A stretch of DNA of 64,000 nt from Lingula anatina (Eukaryota > Animalia > Brachiopoda), in NCBI GenBank assembly GCA_051362555.1, contig CM120646.1, positions 6,448,001-6,512,000 on the forward strand. Reading direction: 5' to 3'. This document shows, in pieces, positions 1 through 19,971 of this stretch. The position numbers were made by a program, and so were the translations under genes. Position 1 is the stretch's first letter; the number at the start of each line of letters is the position of its first letter. A model generated the notes under the pieces. The model searched no databases, was not told the origin of the DNA, and worked only from the letters and a program-made list of their open reading frames with translations.

Positions 1-286
1 CGAATAATGCTGGATCCACCCCTGCATATCAACAATTGAATTGGCTCGATCATAGCAACAAAGGTATAGAGGATTGCGGTTTGCCTTTCTGCAAAGGGTA
101 GGGTCTAATCATAGGAATATGTTGGATAAGCTTTTACTTAATTTAATAAAACAAGTATTTATTCATCTAAAGATGCACGTAAATTCTGCCACATTATCTC
201 AGCTGTGTGTTTCATTTACCAAACTGTCATGAAAAACATTTTGGGTTTAATTTAAATGTTTATGGAAAGATCTTATTCTTTGTGTG

Positions 287-349
<63 letters not shown>
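287..349. repeat. (ATT)n microsatellite
   Basis: Perfect trinucleotide run. Confidence 0.97.
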
Positions 350-350
<1 letters not shown>

Positions 351-2564
351 CGAATAGATACTATATAGGCCTATCCGAAAAACAAACTGTGGCAAAAGGG
401 AAATGTTCAGTTCTTTGAATTATAGGATAATAATAATCAATAGGTCGAATGTGGCTATTTTTATTGTTATCAATTTTAGATCGTTATTTTTTTTAGTTAG
501 CATCATTTACACTAGTATATACATGTACATTTATAAAATGTCTACAGTCTTATGCCATCTTACTAAAGACGGCTTTTACGTGATATTTTGTTTCAGTCCC
601 AGTCCTGATTTTATGATGGGTTCATGTCTTTCAAATTAAAAAATTTTAAAACTGCGACTCTGATGGCTGACGTGGAGTTTGTAGAGAGGTTTGAGTTTAT
701 AGACCGACAAAAAAATTCTATTGCAACGAAAATCTTCTATGCAAGATACATGTATCCACCTTCTAAATTTGCAGACGACATCCATAGTAACACATCCCGC
801 AAATTATCACGTGAGTGAGATCACAAAGAAATTTGCATCGCACAGCTATGTAAACAAGATAGCTCATTGTTCACAGACCGAGAGCGCGCGCGGAACGCGT
901 TTGAAAATTGTGAACACTTGAAGGGGGTTGCATTATGTCTAAATAATTTCTATTTAATTTTCTCTCACTTCGACAAAGTCACTCAAAGAGAACCGACATC
1001 GGCGACCCCGATGTTACGTTGCTATTGACAACGCGCTCACCCTGGCCCTCCACGCCGTCACGTGACCTTTTGATGTTTTGATTTATGGAATACCGATTTT
1101 TGTGATACTCAGCATACATGTGTTATTTTTATCATTTATTCATTACCTTTTCTCACACCTTCACTTTTCATTTTGAGTCCTGCATATCAAGTTTTCGAGC
1201 TCATTTGGTGCATGTTAAGATCCAATGTCCAATTTTTCAAAATGCCTTTGGTTCAAAGAAAATGTGTTCATTGTATTGACATGAGCCTTAATCAAAAATA
1301 AAATAAAATAAAATAAAAAATAAATAGAGCAATCAGACCGTTCATTCTGATGCATTTTCTAACAAAAATTGAGTTAATGATATACAATTGTAAAAAAAAA
1401 GAGGCGAGCGTGTACATCTTGTAGGCCTACTCCTATACGTTTTTATTTTCATTACAAAATTAAATAGCTAATTGTAATTTGATTTTTCCATTAGTCTGCA
1501 CATATAGTAAAAGCTTTCCCTTCGAAACACCCAATCCCCATACCAAATAATGTGAATATTGTACAAAATATGGATGACAACACTAAAAATCTGATTGAGA
1601 CAGCACACAAATAAATTGCCAACGCTCACGTTTGATCACCAATATTGAAATTATGTGAATGAAAGAGTAGGCCTATAGGCCAACAAGTCTAGTATACGAT
1701 GTATTGTAAATATGGTGCATAGTCTTATGCGGTGTGGCCTTTGAGGTGTTTTAAGATAGGTATAAATATGGCCATATACAGGTTCATAATTACTTTCAAG
1801 TGATATGGTATATGGGGCCATCCCTTCACCACAGATCACGGAATGTACAAAAGGGATTCCCGGTCAGGCTCCAAATATATCTCGGTCACATGGACATTCC
1901 TTTGCGAGTTGTCCTTGGCAACGACTTAAACAAGGTCTACATGTCACTGCTACCTGAAGTCAGGGGGTAAACGTGTAGTAAAATTAATGTCATGACAACT
2001 GTTCATTTTGGCCAAAAAAAAAAAAAAAAAAAAGGATTTTCCTGGCAATTTTTTCATACTTACCAATGGTTAATGAACCCGTTCCTGCATTTAAAGTTAG
2101 CCCAGTTTTTTTTTTCTTACAGAGTTTTTTTTTTTATGTAATAATCTCAAAAATATGCACGATTTTGCTGCATGAGAATGAGAGAGAGAGAAAGAGGGAG
2201 AGAGAAAGAGCAGCTGAATTAATGAGAGTCACGCTCGAAGATGATTCAAACAACTGCATTCACTGTCCCGAATATTTTATTAAAACCATCGCCATAGTTT
2301 CAGGAAGCAAAATAACATATGAAAGGTCGCCCCCTCCCTTCTGCGGTTAGTGACACGCGGGGTTCTTTCTGGACGCCTTTCCAGACAGCGTGGTGCCAGA
2401 ATATAGCCGCGGTAATGTGCCGTGAAGACAACCTTCATCATTTTAATGGCCCCCAGGAATAAAATACAAAGGAAACTCAATTATGACAGGGAACTTTGAT
2501 GTGTTCGCTCTAATGTTGAAAGATGGAGAGAGGATGGAAGCTGCAGGGAGAGAGTTTTTTCTTT

Positions 2565-2584
2565 GGGGGGGGGGGGGGGGGGGG
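2565..2584. repeat. poly-G tract (G20)
   Basis: Homopolymer seen directly. Confidence 0.9.
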
Positions 2585-4972
2585 TCCAAGAGGGGAGCAA
2601 TCCCGGGTCCAGTTCTCATTTTTTTATTTATTTTTTCAAAATGATCACAAAGTTTGATCCAGCTTGGTATGTTTGCAATTTGTATTAGGGAAATTATAAG
2701 GACATTAATATATTACTATTCTCTTTTTTCCCTCTTTTCTCTTGTTTTCAATAGACGTAAATGAGCGAAGTCACCCTGCTCTTACAGGCTGAACGCGAAT
2801 AAACATAAGCACACACGCGCGAGCGCGTACATACATGTCAGCACTGTATGTTTTTTTCTCGATGTTATTTCCGTATATTTAAAACAGCAGACTATCCTGT
2901 GTAGAAATAGTGATTTAATTTCACTTCTCAAAGTAAGAAGATAGCATTTTACTCTATTGATCCAAAGCCAACAAAAATGAAAAAGATGATTAATGGTTTA
3001 ATTTAAAGAAAGCTAAAACGTAACTTCAACACATAAAAGTCAATTCGTTTGAAAATAGCATCCTATCTTAAATTTCCTCATTTATTTATTTATTTTTTTA
3101 TTTATTCGTTCTTCTTGTATGCATGATGTAGATACAGTAGGTCCCATACTACAAAATCGGTATGTTTGAACAACAGTGTAAATATAAGGGAATTAATTTT
3201 TAAATAGTACTTTTTATATGAAAGTATACAGATCATTTTAACGTAAATTGTCCCTGCTCAACCCGTTGAGCATAGCATGCTAAAACTCAGTAGTAAGGTA
3301 GGCTACATAGGATGCATTTTACTTCACAAATTTCTACAATCAGATAGTAATTACTCTTAAAGAAATTGCAAAGTACAGCGTCTCTGTATATTAAGGCGTA
3401 ATTTTAAACGTTTTGATATGGTATAGGCATTCATTATCTATATCTCGGACTCACGCTTTGGTTTCTACAACTCTAGCTTTTATTTTATTACAATCACCCC
3501 ACCAATGGCACTTAAATATTGCGTTAAGGACCGCAAAAGTGTCGTTTTCACTCGTTTCAAAATCCCACTATCATTTCGGCCCCGGGTTTCGACACGTCTT
3601 CATTTGTCGATGTGCATGTTTTGAAGCAATTACTGAAACGAAATAAATCACCCTAATGTCCTGTGATATGTTGTCGCCCGGAATGCATTAGGTTATTATC
3701 TGGCCTGAGTTTTTTTAATGAAAGCCCGCCATTAAAGGAGACGTATATTGAATACCCTGGATGAGCGTTGCGCTGAGAGCGGTCTTAATTAACAGATGAG
3801 GCTATTTTTCGATGAAACAGATGACAGGTTTTCCCTCGTTATTAATTAAAGAAGAAAAAACTTTTTAAACCCAATAAAATTTTTCTTACAGGGCTGCATT
3901 GTCCGTATTAACAAGTAGTGGTGGATGTTAATTTATCGACAACAGAACACTGAAAAACATCAATTCTTATTTTTCTTATTTTTTCTGTGAAATAAGTTGC
4001 GGCAATATATATGGCGTTCAGCATTTTCATGTGCAGATAAACGAATTCACAACACATATAAAGGTAAATTTTAAATATTATTTATATTTATGTATCTGTG
4101 TCTTTTGGATATCAATATGCATGTACATGTAAGTTGCCTAGGTTACTAAGATAATATGAAATCAAATCACTGGACACTTTCACAGCACATTTTTTAAAAT
4201 CTTGCATAAAAATATGATTCTAAGTTATTTTTTGTACTGTTTTTTGATGTTGATTTTCCTTTTTCTTTTCTTCTTCTTTTTGATCTTTTTCAATCGCAGG
4301 TTGCCATGGAGCGCCCTAATATGAGAAGAATCTCACAAGCCACTAACTTGCAAGAAACAGTGCGTGACCTATATTTCCCGTCTCCCGAGGTAAGGAATAA
4401 GGAATTCTAATTTTGTGTGAAAACCATAATGGCCAATGTAAAATGAGGACAGAGAGGTGTCAATGCTTGGTATATAGTGGGAAGTTAAGAAGTCAATTAA
4501 TAAAAAAGAGAGAAAATTGGGAGAAAAGAAAATGGCAGTATATAAATATAATGTTGTGTTGATTTGATTATTTTACAGAATATCTTAAAAAATCGATCAT
4601 GTCAAAAGTCACTGATGATTTATCATTCACTTCCGAATATGACAGTTGAACTAAAATTACATCAAGCTGTAAGGCTACATTAATTTAATGGCGAGTTTTA
4701 AACTCAAAATAGAACCCTCTAGAAGTGCTTTGTAAATTGCTAATGCATAATTTTGTTGGTAAGGAAATTATCCAATTTTGCATAAACCAGAAAAAACAAA
4801 TTGTCCAAAATGACTTTTCAAGTTTGAATTTTGGAATTCATCAAATGAGTTATATCAAGTTGTATAAATGTGATGGTAAAGTTTGAAAAGTTCAGGAACT
4901 TAACCCCGCGCATTTTGTCTTGGAGAGTGATGCTGAAGTCGATTTACTACATGTATAAGACAGATGGGTCAC

Positions 4973-4974
4973 AA

Positions 4975-5013
<39 letters not shown>

Positions 5014-5053
5014 GATTAGATGTAGTTGAATGAATTTATTAAAAGTAATATCA

Positions 5054-5106
<53 letters not shown>
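4973..5106. repeat. (AAAT)n at 4973-5013 and (ATT)n at 5055-5106
   Basis: Two adjacent simple repeats. Confidence 0.95.
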
Positions 5107-5107
<1 letters not shown>

Positions 5108-5462
5108 AGATGATATTGAATGACAATAAAAGACATGATCCCTCCTCAGTAGTTATTATCTCATAAATTCATTGCATCATTTCAAGTACAGAAATGACGT
5201 ACTTTGGAGTGAGTGTTTACTTCGCCTTCTCCACAGCTGTTATTTCTGTTAGTTGTTTACATGTTTAGGTAAGACGGGCATTGACGTAAACTCACGTAAA
5301 AATACTATGTTTGTTGTAACGAACGAGAGTGACTGAAAATGGGAAAATGAAAGTAACTCAAATCTTATTCAGTCTTTTTTTCTTAGAAACAAAATTGTTT
5401 TTGTGCCGGGTTTTTATAAGGAACTACAGCACAATTTAAAAAATGCTTCTTAATTCGCAAGG

Positions 5463-5463
<1 letters not shown>

Positions 5464-5496
<33 letters not shown>

Positions 5497-5519
5497 AAAC
5501 ACACACACGCCTGCACACA

Positions 5520-5558
<39 letters not shown>
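5464..5558. repeat. Interrupted (CA)n microsatellite
   Basis: CA dinucleotide runs with CG/CT interruptions. Confidence 0.95.
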
Positions 5559-7610
5559 TGGGAAATACTAGAAATGCACTCACCGAACCTTTTTCTATCC
5601 CGACTTAGGTACAAATATATAAATTTGTCATAGAGAGTTATCAAAATTGCCCCAAACCTCACTAATTTCCTTTAATCATCAGGATAAATTTACGCCGGGT
5701 CGTTCCATGCATTAATTTCCCTTCTTTTTCATGACTTTCCCCAAACCAAGAAACAACAATTCGAATAAAAACTCGGTGAGTAGCCGTGATAGTAGATATC
5801 GTTGCTACACAAAGAGCGTTCATTACCGGGTAAAGAGGCACACAATAGAGATTGAATGAATCAAAGGGCCGCCGAAAATTATCAAATTTGAAAGTAATGC
5901 TCTACACGGACGATTTACGACCCTCAAAGAGGTCGAGGAACATACGCGCTTCCCTTGGTCTGCGCTAGACGCGCTCCTGTGTGTTTTAGACTTCGGGTCA
6001 GCGCGCGAGTTGTACTTGTATCCCCAAGTTTCTTGTTTGTTTTAATTAAGTTAAAAAGTGATCAGCTCAGACCAGCAGAAGTCAGCCGTTCTCCCATTAA
6101 CAGCGGTTAGGCTATGTGGATTAATTTCTGCCGTTTGAGCCTTTAAGATCAAAGTCTGAAGCAGTTTATTTGAAAGTATGCAATTCATCTCTTTTCGACC
6201 AACCGCCGAAGAACGATTTTGTCTTTCTTTGGGTAACTTTTGTTTCATTTTCTCTGTGATTTAGTTTTTTATCAATTATCTCAAATTCATTCACTGGAGA
6301 TGATTTTACTTTAAGGCATCTATTTCACGATAAAACAATTGTAATATATAATCCAAAAAATAAAAACTAAATAATAATAATAAAGGGAAAATGTACTTAA
6401 GTTTACAGCACAGCCAATTCAGTACACACAATGTATTCAAATTTTTTATTTTGAAAAGATTCATCAAATTTGTTTTTATTTTGCATAAATAGGTCTATTT
6501 TACCAGTAACAGTGTGGATGCAACGGGTATATGTACATATCTCAGCCTTGTTAGCGAAGTCTGTGGAATAAATACAACGTATTTCTCTCTCTCTCTCAAA
6601 ATACATATACAGATTGCGCTCTCAGTGAAATATCCTTTACTATCTTCAGTACATAAAAAGTATAAAACAGGTACCCAGAAGTCAAATTTATTACGTTTGT
6701 TTTTCTTTCGGGCTCAAATTTAAAGAGCTCGATCAATGGTGTCCCTATGCACATTTCTCCATATTAAAATAATATTTCTGGATTAGTAAGTCAATTTCTG
6801 TATTGACAAAATCCCTTGTATGAAGGCCTAGGTATGATACCAAAATAAATATTACATTTTAAAGGTGGAACACCTGAAGGAAGAACCCATAATACTTTGA
6901 ATAACTGATATTGCCAAAAATATATTTTTGCTAATACCCAAGTTCATTAAGCCGACATGATCGTTGTTAAAGTAAGAAGCACGTTTACCGCGTACACGTT
7001 CTTATAAGCATGGGTTGGAGATTATGTCTGGAAAGAAAGAGAGAGAGAGAGACAGGGAGAACACAGACAGAGAATCAGACAGATAGAAGATCAAACTCTC
7101 ATCAGATCATCTGTTACTCACAAGCCATCGCCAAACCCCTAGTCCTATACGTCCATGGAGACTTTCCAATATTAGTCCAATTTAGTCTAATCAACGCAGT
7201 CAGGTTTTAAAAGATTGCCCTCATGACCATTCAAAACCCAGTCGCTTTCCTGTGGACGTCTTGAGACTGCCTAGTAGATTGGGAATTAATTTGAGAAACA
7301 GCGAGAGAATGTGCCTATGTTATGAAATGGGAGAAATAAAAGCGCCATAATGCTATCCACTATATCATGTTTATTGCCATTTGGCTTTCAAAGTTTAATC
7401 ATTGCTCGCCGTGTCAAAGGAAAACGAAGGATACACATATACGCTTGTAAATCATGCTTGCTTTTCATTAAAGAAACAACGAATTTTTTATCCATTTCAT
7501 AAATGAAGCATTTTCGCTCTCCTTGGGGGGAAGGGGTATGAAGACAGTGGGCCGTGACATTGCAAATCCTTCTAGCGATCATAATGAATGCCGCGAACGT
7601 CATGGAAAGC

Positions 7611-7736
7611 TGCGCGTTGATTGGAGCATGGCGTCACGTGACCCCAGATTGGTGTTGGATATAACGATGGTTTTAGGTTGATGCTTAAAAGCACATTGAG
7701 CCTCGCTACAAATCATTTGCAAATCGTCGAGGTATT
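7611..7736 (+). promoter_or_regulatory. Lox5 proximal promoter / 5' leader
   Basis: TGATTGG (reverse CCAAT) 7618-7624, palindromic E-box GTCACGTGAC 7633-7642, second ATTGG 7648-7652, CTACAAATCA 7706-7715. Same motif order as upstream of Hox5. Confidence 0.7.
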
Positions 7737-8247
7737 ATGAGTTCGTATTACAGTAATATTTTACCCCCTAATTTATCTACTCCGGGTACAGTTGGAGACC
7801 CGTACAGTCCGGCTAGCGGCACTCACGATTCCACGGTTAAGGCGATGGAGTCTACGTTTTACGGAGCGCAAAACCCGGCGTACCAAGTTTACGACGGAGA
7901 GCTCCACCATCCGCAGATGGCACCGGGGGCCTTGTCCCGCTTCCCAAGCTCTTCGGACCGATTGGACCCCCTCACGGGCAGCAAATCGCAGTTCGACGCA
8001 CCCCATATGATCGACCCTTACCAGAGTGCGCGCCTGGGGTTCAGCCCACCGGGAATGCACAACGGGCAATACCCCGACAGCCTCAACAAATTTCAGGACA
8101 GCCCCTTTACGAGTGCGGCCCAGTCGCATCACCATCAGTCCGTCAGCAGCATGACATCTTCGGCCTATAACCACATGGGCTTGATCAACAACACCCCACC
8201 CCCTCAGAGCGTTCCCATTTACCCTTGGATGCGTTCCCTTAATGGAG
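7737..8247 (+). CDS. Lox5: Lox5 exon 1 (N-terminal region to hexapeptide)
   Basis: Starts MSSYY (Hox N-terminal SSY motif) and ends PIYPWMRSLNG. Donor GAG|GTATGT at 8247/8248, phase 1. GC/CpG-rich relative to flanks. The ORF-track extension to 8324 is intron read-through. Confidence 0.95.
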
Positions 8248-17440
<9,193 letters not shown>

Positions 17441-19386
17441 TTGAGAGAGGGCCATGACCTTTGACCCCGATCATAACCAAAGTTAGAACAACTGTTTAGT
17501 CGACCTTGGAGGGTGTTTGGCAGCAGATCATCAAAAGACCAAAGAATCAAAATCTACCAGTGTTTCTGTGAAACAGATTTGACGAGGCAATGTGAAAAAA
17601 GTCTGGCGGACCCTTTCTGAGAAAGAGAACGTAGCATTTTTAATTAACCTGACTAGAAGTTTGACTTCTATTGCATGTGCATCTTGCAGAAGGAATGTGG
17701 ATTGCGACCTATGTACGACAGAGTGTCGTTATATGTCGTAAAATTGGCAGGATGAGCAGAGAAAACACGCAAGCACAAATACTCACGTGCAGGTGGTCTC
17801 TCGCACGTCAAATGCGAAACAAACGCTGTATAATACTAACTTTGACCTTGACATTTGACACAATCTTGACATCATATACGACCTTCATCTTTATATTGAC
17901 AAGTTAGCTAAAACCAAGAAAAGTAGGAAAACTCCCTTTCGACAATAGATTTTTTTATCCAAGTGTGAAAAGTATGGAATAAGTTTTTTTATTAATGAGT
18001 TGATCAAAAGGTTTTGATAGTTATAATGTTATTCTTCAGGGTAGACAATGGTAATAACCACATAATATTTAAATAAAGCTTAAGCAAGTCTTAAGAGCAG
18101 ATTAAAGAGTTATAGATATTGGATTAATTTAAATTAGCTACCCGCGGTAATTTTTTTACCCTATATTTCAATGCCGATATAGGACGGCATGTTATGGTTG
18201 ACTTTTTTTAATTAGAATGTGAAAATGGAGTGTAGACTAAGTAGAAATATTTGCTGATGCCATCAATGGTGCTTTTTATTTTGTTTATTACAAGGGTAAA
18301 AGAATTTGGGAAATAAGTCCACTTCTCTATGTCGTACATGATACATGTACTCTGTTTATTCTAAGAAATATCACTGGCATTTAGAGTTAGAAAAATAGCT
18401 AGGTATATTTTGATAACAGTTCGAAGACGCGGGACTCAACAGAATGAATAGTTTTTATGCTTTGGAGTGTATTTCTTGGTACCACATTTTCTTCAGGTAA
18501 GCAACCATTTTCATACCTGCTGTGTACGATCGTATTAACTACATCCCAGATATTTTAATCAGTATTTTCGTGAATCTAATTTATCAATGTTGGGAGATAA
18601 GGCATGACTATGGCGTTATTTCAATACAGAAGACACAATTATGATACAGTAATGATCCAGATCGGCAAGGAATCAGCGCACATAATATGGCGAGTTAAAC
18701 TAGCCTAGACAGTCACTGTTAAAGGCATTTTCAGTGTAACTGCTTCCATTACTTTAATATGACATAAGCTACCACCCCCTTTGGTGTGCACTTGGTGTTT
18801 AGAATTACGGCATTTTTGAAAAAAAAACATGTTTTATTGTAGTAGATGTGAATCTGTGTATTTGATTTTTATGATCATTGTTGCCAATGTGGTGCTATAT
18901 TTTCTAGGTATGCCATGAAAACCAACGGGATCTAACACTACAGAAAATAGACACCGTAAATTAAAATATGGATTTTGCCAAAATAATAGAGCAATCCAAC
19001 ACAAAACATGGCGATAATTGTATCTAGGTTACATACATTCTGTGCAATGTGGTGTGTTGAACAAGCGTTAGGACATTTGACTCACTGCCTTCAAGTTGGG
19101 TTTATTGCGCTGTGAAGTAAGTGTTAGGCCTATTGACGTCTACGTTTAGGTTCTTATAGGTAACCTTGGCATCGATGTTGCATGGAGTCTTTTAGAATGA
19201 TTATTTACGAGTTACAATAATTGCTAGTATTTCTCTCATTATTTATAGCATAATTCTAAGTCATATTTGTTTTCACGCAATATTCAAAGTATTCATCTAG
19301 GACTTCTTTTGCTACTGAGGAAACAAAGATCGCCAAGATATCTGTAAAAGGCTACCCGGCTATTAATTTTTTTAAAATTTATTACA

Positions 19387-19387
<1 letters not shown>

Positions 19388-19433
<46 letters not shown>
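19388..19433. repeat. (ATT)n microsatellite
   Basis: Perfect trinucleotide run. Confidence 0.95.
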
Positions 19434-19434
<1 letters not shown>

Positions 19435-19965
19435 AAATGAATGAAAGGGGGGGGGTCTTAGTTCCACAGATATCAGTTTAGTGTTCGGTGTCATAAAAGG
19501 ACATTAAACTCATTATAGATATGTATAACACCTTACATACAATAGCAAACTGAGGTGCCGTATACTTCAATGTTCTTCCCCCATATTGTTTTTTTAAATG
19601 CGGGTAAACAGAAAGGCCAGCGCTTTCCATCGATACTTCACTTCATGTTGTGATTGATGTCTCAGTCCTTTATATTTTTTTTTCTTTTATTTTTTCAGTG
19701 TGAATGTGACGTGTTTCATCAGTGGATGTTTTTTTTTAAAATTGAGGTTTTCGTGTCTTATCGGTTATATTTATTATTCAAGGGGCACTAATGGGCCGAC
19801 TAAGGGGCTGTTTATGCCAGATGGGGGTTCGGGTGGGTGGGGGTGGGGGTGGGGGTTCATGAACTCATCGGTGGCCAACTGCTGGAATATTGTACAGAGT
19901 CAATGTTATTCATATTGTGTGTTATATGATACTCTTAAATGGGGATTCACATGTGAAAATAAGTA

Positions 19966-19971
19966 AATAAA
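19966..19971 (+). terminator. Candidate distal polyadenylation signal of Lox5
   Basis: AATAAA followed about 25 nt later by a T-rich tract. A proximal AATAAA also occurs at 18072-18077. AATAAA is common in AT-rich DNA. Confidence 0.35.

Noticed and set aside
18037-18043. CAGGGTA, a miR-10 7mer-A1 site in the Lox5 3' UTR
   Set aside because: A single 7-mer is expected by chance in a UTR of this size, and there is no conservation evidence.
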